From Candidatus Cloacimonetes bacterium 4572_55 (GTDB lineage: Bacteria > 4572-55): a stretch of DNA of 64,000 nt. The stretch is from the NCBI GenBank assembly GCA_002084765.1, contig NBMB01000012.1, forward strand, positions 21,084 to 85,083, given 5' to 3'. The translations under genes were made by a program, and so were the position numbers. The number at the start of each line of letters is the position of its first letter. Within the stretch, counting starts at the first letter, position 1. Below are positions 10,330-20,734 of the stretch, in pieces. The notes under the pieces are model-generated. The model saw only the letters and a list, made by a program, of their open reading frames with translations, was not told where the DNA came from and did not search any database.

Positions 10330-11487
10330 TCAATGGCTGTTTGTCAGAACTACGATCTCGATGCGGCGATTTATAGCTCGACCAGAGTCGGAGTTGTTGT
10401 CAGCGATAGGGTGGCTCTCTCCATAGCCGACGACCCGAAAGCGAGAAGGATTAATTCCGAAACTTCGGCTTAGATAATCCGCTACGGACTGGGATCTTTC
10501 CTTGGACAACTTTTGATTATGATTCGTGTCGCCGGCATTATCGGTATGTCCTTCAATCACCGCCTGGTAGTTTGGAAATTTGATCAGAGCCTGCCCGGCT
10601 CTGTTGAGCGAAGGGTAGGACGAGGGTTTGATCATCGTGGAGTTGGCGTCAAACTGGATCGGATCAACGACCAGCCGCACCCCGCGTGAATTGGTCATAA
10701 CCGTCGAGGAGCGGCGTCCCTCTTTGGTAAAAATTACGGTCAATTCGGACTGCTTAGTCCCCTCGCTAAATTTCAGATCTTGGTAGTCGATCACATACCC
10801 ATCTTTTGTCACTCTTAGCTGGTCCATGGTCACCAAGTCCATATTCAACGTCATTGGCGTGGTTCCTTTGAACTCATTATTAAGGGTGACGGTCGCCCCT
10901 TCCGGCTCTGAATCGATGGAGACCAAATAAAGCTCGCCCAAATTCGGCATGTTCTCCTCCATAGTGACGCCGAGGAGCCGTTGCAACATGTCGCTGGCTT
11001 CGGTCAGATTCGAATCAAACTCCAGCGCATGACGCAAGGACTCGATCGCCTCTTCGATCTGACCTAGTTTCTCAAAAGCGATTCCTCGATAATAGTGCGT
11101 TTTGGAGATTTGGGGATTCAGTCGGATAGCGGTCTCAAAAGAATCCAGCGCGTGATGATACATCTCTTTTCCCAGATAGACCCGCCCCAGGTTGATATGC
11201 GCGGCGACGAACTTCGGATCAAAGGTAACTGCTTTCCGAAACTCCTCTTCCGCCTCATCCAATAGGCCGATTTGCAAAAATCCAAGACCCTTCTTGATAT
11301 TTTCTTGTGTATGCGTATACTCCTTTTCATGGAAAGCCTTCATCATATAAGTGCCTTCCTCGGCTACTTCAAATTCGGTCTTGATATTTTCCGACGGCGG
11401 CGGTGGTGGCGGCGAGCAGCCAACAGCCACCCAAAACAAAACGATTGGTAACAATAAAAGAGCTGGCAGGCGATAAATTTTTGACAT
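10330..11487 (-). CDS. lipoprotein with TPR repeats, PEGA domain and OmpA-like C-terminal domain
   Basis: Signal peptide with Cys, TPR-like repeats, PEGATVTL motif, OmpA_C block (IEGHTDNAGD...NRRIEIVV). Confidence 0.8.
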   Translation of the reverse strand: MSKIYRLPALLLLPIVLFWVAVGCSPPPPPPSENIKTEFEVAEEGTYMMKAFHEKEYTHTQENIKKGLGFLQIGLLDEAEEEFRKAVTFDPKFVAAHINLGRVYLGKEMYHHALDSFETAIRLNPQISKTHYYRGIAFEKLGQIEEAIESLRHALEFDSNLTEASDMLQRLLGVTMEENMPNLGELYLVSIDSEPEGATVTLNNEFKGTTPMTLNMDLVTMDQLRVTKDGYVIDYQDLKFSEGTKQSELTVIFTKEGRRSSTVMTNSRGVRLVVDPIQFDANSTMIKPSSYPSLNRAGQALIKFPNYQAVIEGHTDNAGDTNHNQKLSKERSQSVADYLSRSFGINPSRFRVVGYGESHPIADNNSDSGRAINRRIEIVVLTNSH

Positions 11488-11862
11488 AGATTAACCTCCA
11501 AACAATAATATGAGACAGAAACGTATAGACGTTGGTTACTTATAGCTTAAAGCGATGGTTTAAATAAAACGCATAACATGTTAATACCAAAACAATTACA
11601 AAAAAAATTGTAACATAATAAAAACAAATTGTCAAGCAGTTTTTTTATTTATTTTCACTCAGATTACAAAAAAAGCTATAATTCAAATACCGTGATGGAG
11701 ATGTGAAGATGTAAGACTCAATTTATTTAATGCAGATATGGGAACTTATTTAGATACTGTTCCTAAACAATAAATAATCGGAAATTATTTTTCGATGATT
11801 TTCGCAAAGCCATTTCGTGATATATAACTTAAACAAAAATCGTTTTAAATCGGAGGCTCTTC

Positions 11863-13407
11863 TTGAAAAATATTTTTATCCTCACACCGTTATGCATCCT
11901 TTTCATCACCAGCGCGGCTCATGCCCAGACCTATACCGGTATCTATGATCCGGATGATTGGCGCACCGTGACCAATCATAGCTACGTGACGGTGATCGCA
12001 TCGGAGATAAATTATGTCTACTTTGCGACGACCGGCGGGATTTTGATTTATGATGAAATAAAAGAGGAGTGGCGCGATTTTTGGCTACCAAAACAGATCG
12101 TTCGCATCGGCGTGGGTCCTTTTCGGCTCTATCTTGAGATTCGTCCAGAGCATATTGATGTTGGCGAGTTGCCTTATATTCAATTTGACAAGAAGAATTT
12201 TGAATGGAAATATGATTATAAACCGGCGTCTTATGAAGAGATCACATGGTTTGGCGGAGATTATGACGTCACGCGCTTGGAGAATCAATTTCCATTTGTC
12301 CATGACATTGACTTTATGGACAAATATCTCCGGCATAATCGGATCATTTCTTGGCAAACAGATCATTTTGGGGAGTTTTTATGGATCGGCTCCGACGGCG
12401 GGGGGCTCTATAAATATGAAATCAATACGGGTTGGTTTGAAAAAATTCGTTTTGGCTTGCTGGATCCGCATGTTAGTTCGATTTTGAAAAGCGGGGGTAT
12501 TTTTTGGTTCGGCGGAGTGGGAGAAAAGAGGGAGGACTATCGAGGCGTCACGATCTATGATCCGGGACAGGAAAGCTATCGATATATGGAGACTCGCTAT
12601 ATCAAAAAATTTCCCACAGCCACGGTTCGAGATATAGCGGAGAGCCGATATGACGTCTGGTTGGCGACGCCACAGGGTCTGGTTCGGTTCAACAAGGAGC
12701 GACACGGGTGGCAATCGTTCGACACCTTCAGCGGATTATCCGGCGACGACGTTGTCTCAGTGGCGACAACTAAGGATTATGTGTGGGTCGGGCTGCGGAC
12801 CGGTCTGGATTGGATGCGCGTGGACAAAAAGGGAGAGGTGAAGGAACGGGGAGAAGTCCCTCATAAGCTGAGCTATCTCACGATAAACGATCTGGAAAGC
12901 CATGAGGACATGGTTGTTGCCGCGACTGGGGACGGCGCGTTTAGCTATACTCTCGGCGACACTGGGTGGGTCATGCTGGACGCAGGCGCGCTGCCGTTAG
13001 TTGGACAAATCGACCAGGTCTGCATCGATAAGGACCATATCTATTTTGCTGTAGAAGAAGGGGTTATCGACTATGATAGGTCCCTTGAAAAATGGGACAT
13101 GCACTATTTTTTCACCAATATTCCAGAGACAGGGTCTCGGAATCCACCCTGCATTCGGGCGATTGCCGCCGACCGATTCAATCTCTGGCTGGGGACAGAC
13201 AACGGCATCTGGCGATTGAATAAAAAACGGGGTCTATGGCACAAATATCTACCACTCCCAGCGCAGAATAAATCCTCCCTGGTTTCTTCGGTCACTCTAC
13301 CGGATAAGACGATTAACGATATTGCGATCGATGGGAATTATATCTGGTTTGCCACAAAATTTGGCGTCACCCGTTTCTACTGGAACGACCCAAATCGAAC
13401 CTGGTGA
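11863..13407 (+). CDS. secreted beta-propeller-like protein
   Basis: Signal peptide. Repeated W/G-rich blades resembling two-component-regulator propeller repeats. Confidence 0.55.
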   Translation: MKNIFILTPLCILFITSAAHAQTYTGIYDPDDWRTVTNHSYVTVIASEINYVYFATTGGILIYDEIKEEWRDFWLPKQIVRIGVGPFRLYLEIRPEHIDVGELPYIQFDKKNFEWKYDYKPASYEEITWFGGDYDVTRLENQFPFVHDIDFMDKYLRHNRIISWQTDHFGEFLWIGSDGGGLYKYEINTGWFEKIRFGLLDPHVSSILKSGGIFWFGGVGEKREDYRGVTIYDPGQESYRYMETRYIKKFPTATVRDIAESRYDVWLATPQGLVRFNKERHGWQSFDTFSGLSGDDVVSVATTKDYVWVGLRTGLDWMRVDKKGEVKERGEVPHKLSYLTINDLESHEDMVVAATGDGAFSYTLGDTGWVMLDAGALPLVGQIDQVCIDKDHIYFAVEEGVIDYDRSLEKWDMHYFFTNIPETGSRNPPCIRAIAADRFNLWLGTDNGIWRLNKKRGLWHKYLPLPAQNKSSLVSSVTLPDKTINDIAIDGNYIWFATKFGVTRFYWNDPNRTW

Positions 13408-13440
13408 AAAAAATAAGCGAGGAGACTCCCCTCGCTTATA
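13407..13440 (-). terminator. rho-independent terminator downstream of rpsT
   Basis: Hairpin AAGCGAGG / CCTCGCTT followed on the minus strand by a T-rich run. Confidence 0.5.
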
Positions 13441-13453
13441 CATCCACTTTCTT

Positions 13454-13714
13454 TTATTGCGCTTTCAGTTTATTGACAAATTTCACCAATCGTGACGTGC
13501 TTCGCGCGGCTTTGTTCTTATGAATAAAGCCCTTACGCGCAGCCTTATCCAACGCAGATATAGCCTCGTGCAACGCTTTATCCGCTTTTTCCGGGTCAGT
13601 CGCTAACCGAACCTGCTTCACTTTTGTGCGCAACGTCTTTTTCGCAAACCGATTGCGAAGATTCCGCTTTGCATTCGTTTTTACTCTCTTCATTGCTGAT
13701 TTGTGATGCGGCAA
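13454..13714 (-). CDS. rpsT: 30S ribosomal protein S20
   Basis: 86 aa, basic, characteristic GFIHKNKAAR block. Confidence 0.9.
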   Translation of the reverse strand: MPHHKSAMKRVKTNAKRNLRNRFAKKTLRTKVKQVRLATDPEKADKALHEAISALDKAARKGFIHKNKAARSTSRLVKFVNKLKAQ

Positions 13715-13995
13715 AGGACATTCACCTCCTTTCTTAGAATTTTAAATTTTTTTTGCGCCTGGAACTGTCAATCGCCACTTTATTTCTCTTCTCCGTGATC
13801 TCTGCGGCGAATTATACAAGCTATAGGTCAAAAAAAAATCTCACAAGTTTCCGAAAATAACGTAACTGTCAATTCTTGTCAATAGTTTTTCATAATTTAC
13901 TTGATAATTAAAGATTATCAGGTTAAGATCAACAGGGAACTGTCTGTTGATAAGTAACAATTCACAATTGGTACGTTTGCTAATGGAGAATAAAA

Positions 13996-14767
13996 ATGTA
14001 TGCAGATAACGGAAACGATCCGATAAAAAAACGGCAACAAGAACAAATGTTGAAATTTGTGACGCAAAGCTTTTATCGGGAACTTGTCAATTATGGGGTG
14101 GATATTAACGATATTGTCCGAGTGACAAACAATCTTTTGGATCATGCCATCAACGACAGCGGCAATCCAGATGATACAAAAACCTATTATGACCGGATAT
14201 TAAAGGCAAAGCAAATCGTTGATCTGTGGGAAAAGGAAAAGCGGATTATGATCGGCGATGTGGGGATTGCGCCTTTAGAGCCGATATATATTCCTAAGAT
14301 ATGCGATTGGCTCAAACTGCCGAATAATCACAGCAATTTTATCGACCTATTTCCCAGAGGAGTGGACGAACTTCATTCCTATTTTTTCGAGAAACCCGAC
14401 TTAACGTACTTTTCCATATTTTATCAAAAAGAAAAATTCCTTGGGTTTATCGGCGGAGAAAATGTGGATGAACGATCAAGGAAAGTCGAGATGAAAAAAT
14501 TTGTGGGCGACGCGAATTATCGAAACAAAGGCATTGGGAAGAGAGCCACGCTTCTTTTTCTTTATCATTTTTTCCGTATAAAAAAAATTCAATAAAGTTT
14601 ATATCCATGCGATAGACACAAACATCACCAACATCAATTTAAATAGCAAATTTGGATTTGAGTTGGAAGGAATCAGCTTTGAAGACGTTTTCTTAAACGG
14701 AAAGTCCAGAGATGTTGTGAAAATGGGGCTACTGCGCTCCAGGTGGGAGCGGATTTTTGCTGATTGA
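13996..14767 (+). pseudogene. GNAT-family N-acetyltransferase with reading frame broken at an A8 homopolymer
   Basis: ORF 13996..14595 ends just after the GNAT motif-A-like NKGIGKRA. The C-terminal GNAT segment (KVYIHAIDTN...LEGISFEDVFLNGKSRDVVKMGL) continues in the +1 frame to 14767. Removing one A from the run at 14580-14587 joins them. Confidence 0.6.
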
Positions 14768-14814
14768 GTCGGATTACTATTTTTTTTTAAACTTTTCGAA
14801 CAAAAGGAGAAGAA

Positions 14815-15444
14815 ATGAATCGGATTTGGATATTTCTATTTTTACTTTCGATTCTTTTTTTCGGTTGCGGCGAAGAATCGACAGAGGATATCATCCACCC
14901 CCCGGATGAAATTCTTGCGCCTTCCTCCGACGGTCTTTTGCCACTGCGCATCGGGAACGAATGGGTCTACCAGCGAGCAACGACTCAGGGCGATATCAAA
15001 CTGATTCGCTGGACCGTCGCGGATACCAGCCGCATCAACACGGTCCTGACTTTTGAGATGAACTATTTTGAGGATGGCGAGCTGCAACCGTGGGCGAGGC
15101 ACTATCTTAATCATGGGAACGGGCTGTATGTGCATGGGGCAGTTGATCAAAATGGGGACGCTGTCGATATTGAAGAGCCGCGACTTTTTTTGCCCTACCC
15201 GATTTCCGAAACCGGTTCATTCCCTTGCTGGTCAGCGGAGCGAGCAAACTTCCGCGGGGCAAATAAAAATATCGGAGTTCCGGCAGGGTCGTTTCTCTGT
15301 CACAAGTACGAGCTTTATTTTGATATTGAGACGAATCACATGTGCAGCAGCTTTTGGTCTCCTCATGTCGGTATGATAGCGCAATTTGAATATATCGAAG
15401 GCGAATTGATTCGCAAATGGGAGCTAACCAGCTATAAAAGATAA
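14815..15444 (+). CDS. hypothetical lipoprotein
   Basis: Signal peptide ending FFGCG (lipobox-like); no catalytic motif. Confidence 0.55.
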   Translation: MNRIWIFLFLLSILFFGCGEESTEDIIHPPDEILAPSSDGLLPLRIGNEWVYQRATTQGDIKLIRWTVADTSRINTVLTFEMNYFEDGELQPWARHYLNHGNGLYVHGAVDQNGDAVDIEEPRLFLPYPISETGSFPCWSAERANFRGANKNIGVPAGSFLCHKYELYFDIETNHMCSSFWSPHVGMIAQFEYIEGELIRKWELTSYKR

Positions 15445-15588
15445 AGAGTTATCCGCAGATTCCGCAGGGAGGCTCTATCCGATTAATGCAAGCCAATTAA
15501 TTTTATTTTTTGAGTTGAATACTGTATTATTTGTAACTATTCAGCCTCGGAAGCCAAAGTAGTTATCATTTTTTATGGAGGTCAAATA

Positions 15589-18012
15589 ATGGCAACAATT
15601 TCTTTTTTCATTGCAATGCTCCTTTCACTCTTTTTTGCAGGTCAAATAAAAGCGGAGGAGCCGGTTTCGACTTCATATCAAACGCCCCCTTCGGAGATCG
15701 TGGAATTGATCGACGCGCCTCTCACTCCTCATATCAGCGTCTCGCCGGATCGGAGTGCCATGCTTTTGTTGGAGCGTCCTACACTGCTGACCCTTTTTGA
15801 TCTGGCGCAGCCGGAACTCAAACTTGCGGGGATACGGTTCAATCCCCACACTATGGGGTCGAGTCGAGTTCGATATTATCGAAAAATTGTCCTGAAGCGA
15901 ACGGCAGATTCCGTGGAGCAACCGCTTTTCAATATGCCGGAAAATCTCAAGGCAAGCGATGTGCAATGGTCGCCGGACAGCCGTCGCGTCGCGTTTATCC
16001 ACACTGTCGAGAATGGCGTTGAGTTGTGGGTGATCGAGATGGAGACTGGAGAGGCAAAGAGGTTGACCGAGCCGATAATCCACAACGCGTACGACTATCC
16101 ATATCATTGGGTTTCGGACAGCAAAACACTGATCTGCAAATTGATCCCGACTCACCGAGGAGATCCGCCTCCAGAGCCGACTCTCCCAGACGGTCCCATC
16201 ATTCGACAAAATTTGGGGGAAGAAACCCCGGGGCGCACATATCAAGATTTGCTGGAAAATCCGTATGACGAGAGCCTTTTTGAGTATTATTTCACCGCCC
16301 AACTCGCACGAGTCGATCAGGATGGGCGGATCGCTGAGATCGGTAAAAAAGGTATAATCAAATGGAGCGACTCCTCCCCAAATGGACGCTATCTGCTTGT
16401 GAAATCAACTCATGGTCCCTTTTCATACGCGGTTCCGGCGTATCGCTTTCCGGTCAAAATCCAGGTTTGGGACATTGAGGGAAAAATCATAAAGGAGCTG
16501 GCTGACCTTCCATTAGCCGACAATATACCGATCGCGAGCGGGTCTACGCGAGCGGGTCGCCGACAATTTTCTTGGCGAGCAGACGTCCCTGCGACATTGA
16601 TCTGGACAGAGGCACAGGATCAGGGCGATCCACGTATCGAGACCGATGTCCGAGACAAGGTATTCAGCCTGCCCGAGCCTTTTGATACCGAACCGAAACC
16701 GCTGATCTCGTTATCGATGCGGTATTATTCGATCCAATGGGGCCACGGCGATCTGGCACTTGTGAGCGAGGTGTGGAGAAAAACCCGTCAAACCCGAACG
16801 TGGATTATCCATCCTGATACGCCGAGGCATGATCCGGAAATTTTGTTCGATCGGAGTTGGGAGGATCAGTATAACAATCCCGGCAGACCTATGACTCGAC
16901 CGACAGAGTTCGGAACCCGAGTCTTACTGACCGAGAACCATACCATTTATTTATCTTGTGAGGGTGCTTCTCCGGAGGGAAATCGTCCGTTTGTCGATGA
17001 AATGGACTTGGAAACCAGAGAGACCACCCGTTTATGGCGTTCTGAGGCTCCTTATTATGAAAACCCAGTGAGCTGGATGGATTTTGAACAACGCCTGCTC
17101 CTGACGCGGCGAGAATCTGTTGACGAGCCGCCAAATTACTATATCAGGGATTTGAAAAGCGGAGAATTGAGAGAGCTGACCGAATTTCTCCACCCCACGC
17201 CCCAGTTGAAAGATGTGCAAAAGGAGTTGATTCGCTATCAACGCGCGGACAGTGTAGACTTAAACGCGTTGCTGTATCTTCCCCCAGGATACGATAAAGA
17301 AAAAGAGGGTCCCCTGCCGATGTTGGTCTGGGCGTACCCTCGTGAATTCAAAAGCGCAGACGCTGCGGGTCAGATATCTGATTCGCCCTATCGATTTGTC
17401 CGGGTGGGCTATTGGTCGCCGCTGCTCTGGCTGACACAAGGCTACGCGGTGTTGAGCAACGCGACCATGCCTATCATCGGCGAGGGAGAGGCAGAACCGA
17501 ACGACACGTATGTGGATCAACTTGTCGAAAGCGCGCAAGCCGCTGTGGACGAAGTTGCCCGGCGAGGCGTTGCAGACCCAGCCAGGATAGCGATCGGCGG
17601 ACATTCGTATGGCGCGTTCATGGCTGCCAATTTACTGGCTCATTCTGATATATTTTGCGCGGGAATCGCTCGGAGCGGCGCGTACAACCGCACCTTGACT
17701 CCGTTCGGATTCCAAGCTGAGGATCGAACGTTATGGGAAGCTCCTCAGGTCTATATCGGCATGTCTCCGTTCATGCACGCTGACAAAATCGAAGAGCCGT
17801 TGCTCTTAATTCACGGCGAGGCGGATAACAATTCCGGCACGTATCCCATGCAGAGCGAACGGTTTTACAGCGCAGTGAAAGGACATGGTGGAACTGTCCG
17901 TTTGGTTATGTTGCCGTATGAGAGCCATGGATACCGAGCCAGAAAATCCGTCGTGCACGGAGCCTGGGAAATCACTGAATGGTTGGATCGTTATGTGAAA
18001 AGAAGCCGGTAG
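15589..18012 (+). CDS. S9-family serine peptidase (prolyl oligopeptidase / acylaminoacyl-peptidase type) with N-terminal beta-propeller
   Basis: Signal peptide; catalytic Ser in GGHSYGAF, then HGEADNN and ESHGY completing the Ser-Asp-His triad. Confidence 0.85.
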   Translation: MATISFFIAMLLSLFFAGQIKAEEPVSTSYQTPPSEIVELIDAPLTPHISVSPDRSAMLLLERPTLLTLFDLAQPELKLAGIRFNPHTMGSSRVRYYRKIVLKRTADSVEQPLFNMPENLKASDVQWSPDSRRVAFIHTVENGVELWVIEMETGEAKRLTEPIIHNAYDYPYHWVSDSKTLICKLIPTHRGDPPPEPTLPDGPIIRQNLGEETPGRTYQDLLENPYDESLFEYYFTAQLARVDQDGRIAEIGKKGIIKWSDSSPNGRYLLVKSTHGPFSYAVPAYRFPVKIQVWDIEGKIIKELADLPLADNIPIASGSTRAGRRQFSWRADVPATLIWTEAQDQGDPRIETDVRDKVFSLPEPFDTEPKPLISLSMRYYSIQWGHGDLALVSEVWRKTRQTRTWIIHPDTPRHDPEILFDRSWEDQYNNPGRPMTRPTEFGTRVLLTENHTIYLSCEGASPEGNRPFVDEMDLETRETTRLWRSEAPYYENPVSWMDFEQRLLLTRRESVDEPPNYYIRDLKSGELRELTEFLHPTPQLKDVQKELIRYQRADSVDLNALLYLPPGYDKEKEGPLPMLVWAYPREFKSADAAGQISDSPYRFVRVGYWSPLLWLTQGYAVLSNATMPIIGEGEAEPNDTYVDQLVESAQAAVDEVARRGVADPARIAIGGHSYGAFMAANLLAHSDIFCAGIARSGAYNRTLTPFGFQAEDRTLWEAPQVYIGMSPFMHADKIEEPLLLIHGEADNNSGTYPMQSERFYSAVKGHGGTVRLVMLPYESHGYRARKSVVHGAWEITEWLDRYVKRSR

Positions 18013-18086
18013 CTCAACGGACTTGGACGTTTACGGCGAGCTGGATTAGTTTTCTTTATTTTCAAGTCCCTTACAGCATGTCGGCA

Positions 18087-20699
18087 TTATAGTATAGATA
18101 TTTTTTTGCGAATAGCACCCCAAATGACTTCTCCGGTTACTTTGATAAATCTGCCGACAAATATAACCAGAGGAGTTATACGGTGCCGGTTCAGGACAGC
18201 AATTGCCGAGCCGATCAATACGATAAACAGGCTGATCAGGTTGGTAACAGCGCGACGTAGCCACAAGCCGGTATAGGAAAATTTCAGCGGAAATGTCTCA
18301 TCCTGATCTACGACTTTTTTTTCAAACTTATAACGCAAGCCGGATAAAGGGAGATGGACTTTGACCGAATTAACGCCGATCGGTCCCATCAGAGCTTGAC
18401 GATTTTCGGCTCCATATCCTGAACTCTTTTTTTCACCGTCCAATTCAAATTTTATAACCTGACTAATCCACACGCCAACAGGCTTTCCGCGCTGAAGAGC
18501 CGGTTCGTACCTGCACTGCTTTACTGCTGCAATCGCGGCTTCATCGAGACCGGTATTCGGTACGCCTTTCATAACAAGCACATTTTTTACACTCCCATCA
18601 ATATCGATATATACGTTGAGAATGACTTTGCCCTCAATGCCGGCTTCCTGCGCCAATAGTGGATATATCGGTTTGATTTTCCCGATTATCTGCGGGGGGG
18701 TTTCATAAGGGATAAAAATGGGACTTTCCCATGGATTTACGTAAGAATTGAAGTCCGCATCTTCTGTCGGTGCAGTTGGATTTGGCTTGGCCATCGCTGA
18801 TGGAGATGGCTCTTTAGATTGTGTAATGGATTCAATATCATCATCGGGTACATCTAACATAAAGATTTTTACTTCTTCTTCCTCTTCCTCCATTGGAATT
18901 TCAAACTTGGCTCCAGATTTCGGCGCGGGTTCAGAGAGGAACCCGATTGATTCTGATTTATTTTGCTTAGGCTCATGCCTCAAATCCCACTCACCGTCAT
19001 CAAAATCATAATGGTATCCTTCTGGAACGTAAACATTTAGCTCTACCTTATTTGTGAAAATATCGCACCGAGGCAGAGCGCATGCATTATCCGACTTTAT
19101 GCCAAATTCTAAAATTGGTTGGGTATAAATTAGCTCGACGTCAAAAGGGCGGGCATGATCGCCGTTACCAGTTGAGCGCACCAAAGGGATGAGGATTTTT
19201 CCTTGTTCATTTCTAGAGGGCTTACCCCGCTTTCCGTCCACATAAACTGTCCAGATAGAAGCGTGTGGCGGCAGTTCCATTTCCATAAACTGCTTATATG
19301 TATTGCGAATTGAGTAAATGATTTGATAAAGCAGCTTACCTTCTGATAAATACAAAGCTGTTGCGTGGGCAGACTCAATGATTGTGCTAATTCCCTCCAT
19401 CCGCTCATGCTGCGTGATGCTGATATCCAGCTCGTATGGGTGTTTAGAGTAGAAAAACGCAAACAGAATAGGGCGAGAAGATTCAGACAAAATCCATTGT
19501 GGAAGATTGAGATAATCCATTTTGTTCAGGTCAAAACTTTCCTGGACTTGCACCTCGATCGCGCTCTCGGCAATGACAGCGATTTCTCCGGATTCACGGA
19601 CAGCGTCAATAACCTGCAATCCGGGATACGTCGCGGCCAACGCGCCGACTCCCAACATCTTTTCTGTCTGAACCGAAAAAGTCATGTTGCCTCTATGGAT
19701 TTCGTATAAAAAGGGAATCTCCAGCACGCTACCAATATCGGTTTCGCGCACGCGCCATTCGCTCAGGGCATGACCCTCGACCTTGACAACTTCATAATCA
19801 TCCGGAAGTTGCAGCGAGACGCTGGTCAAGCTATTTTGGATAATTTCAAGATCGACCCAAGTTTTTGCGCGCAAAATATCTCTATCGACAGATATAATCG
19901 TTCGCAGGTTGGCATTGAATCGTGCCGGTCTTTTTTCCCTCGGCTCAGTTTTACTCGCCCATCTGAATGTCATTGAAGATGTGGGCGGAAGGTAGCCAGT
20001 CAGATGTGACCCTGCGTCCGACTCATGAATCCTAGTATGGATTGCCGGCGAGACCTGGAGACCCAGATGATCATCAGGCAGCGTAAAATCAACCTGATTG
20101 ATCATAGCCCTGACCGTGGACAAGTTGACAAGTTGATCGCCCTGATCTACCGAGAAAATAGCTTTTATCTCATGATACCCGCTTTGTGTGACGCTGACAT
20201 GATGCCAGTTATTTTTTGTCACAATGACAGCGGGTTCATTGTTGATCCACAGATCTTCTAAGGCGACAAGAGAGTGGATCACAGGAATATTATGCTGAAC
20301 AGGGCCCCCACGGTCAAAAACATACACGGTAAAAATCGCTGTAAACCAAGCATTCATCTGACCAGCCTGACCCGTATAGCGACTTTTTGTGATGATATAA
20401 TTACACGGCGGAGTCGGAGGTGAGACCTGGATAGGCTTCATCTGGCTTAAAATTCGACGGAATTGATCCCGTTTGAGAGTCACAACGCCCTCTTTCAGCG
20501 AGACGTCTGTCTGGACATCTCCGCCCGCCTGCCGCATGATCAACTGAAATTCATCCCAACTCATCTGGATTTCATCAGAATCGAGTTTAAGCAGCTCTTG
20601 TAAGTCAGACCAATTCACACCCTGATATGCAGAACAGACATCTGGTATGACGATAATTATCAAGATCAACAAAAAAAATCCAAAAATATCTTTCATCAT
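18087..20699 (-). CDS. large envelope protein of unknown function with embedded TonB C-terminal-like domain and C-terminal TM helix; paralog of the adjacent gene
   Basis: Signal peptide. Shares blocks with the neighbour (IWTVYVDGKR, RPILFAF...LDISI). TonB_C-like segment PIYPLLAQEAGIEGKVILNVYIDIDGSV...YEPALQRGKPVGV near 18450-18740. Confidence 0.7.
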   Translation of the reverse strand: MMKDIFGFFLLILIIIVIPDVCSAYQGVNWSDLQELLKLDSDEIQMSWDEFQLIMRQAGGDVQTDVSLKEGVVTLKRDQFRRILSQMKPIQVSPPTPPCNYIITKSRYTGQAGQMNAWFTAIFTVYVFDRGGPVQHNIPVIHSLVALEDLWINNEPAVIVTKNNWHHVSVTQSGYHEIKAIFSVDQGDQLVNLSTVRAMINQVDFTLPDDHLGLQVSPAIHTRIHESDAGSHLTGYLPPTSSMTFRWASKTEPREKRPARFNANLRTIISVDRDILRAKTWVDLEIIQNSLTSVSLQLPDDYEVVKVEGHALSEWRVRETDIGSVLEIPFLYEIHRGNMTFSVQTEKMLGVGALAATYPGLQVIDAVRESGEIAVIAESAIEVQVQESFDLNKMDYLNLPQWILSESSRPILFAFFYSKHPYELDISITQHERMEGISTIIESAHATALYLSEGKLLYQIIYSIRNTYKQFMEMELPPHASIWTVYVDGKRGKPSRNEQGKILIPLVRSTGNGDHARPFDVELIYTQPILEFGIKSDNACALPRCDIFTNKVELNVYVPEGYHYDFDDGEWDLRHEPKQNKSESIGFLSEPAPKSGAKFEIPMEEEEEEVKIFMLDVPDDDIESITQSKEPSPSAMAKPNPTAPTEDADFNSYVNPWESPIFIPYETPPQIIGKIKPIYPLLAQEAGIEGKVILNVYIDIDGSVKNVLVMKGVPNTGLDEAAIAAVKQCRYEPALQRGKPVGVWISQVIKFELDGEKKSSGYGAENRQALMGPIGVNSVKVHLPLSGLRYKFEKKVVDQDETFPLKFSYTGLWLRRAVTNLISLFIVLIGSAIAVLNRHRITPLVIFVGRFIKVTGEVIWGAIRKKISIL

Positions 20700-20734
20700 T
20701 CCATCCCTAATTCGGATAAACCGAAAATTTCAAG

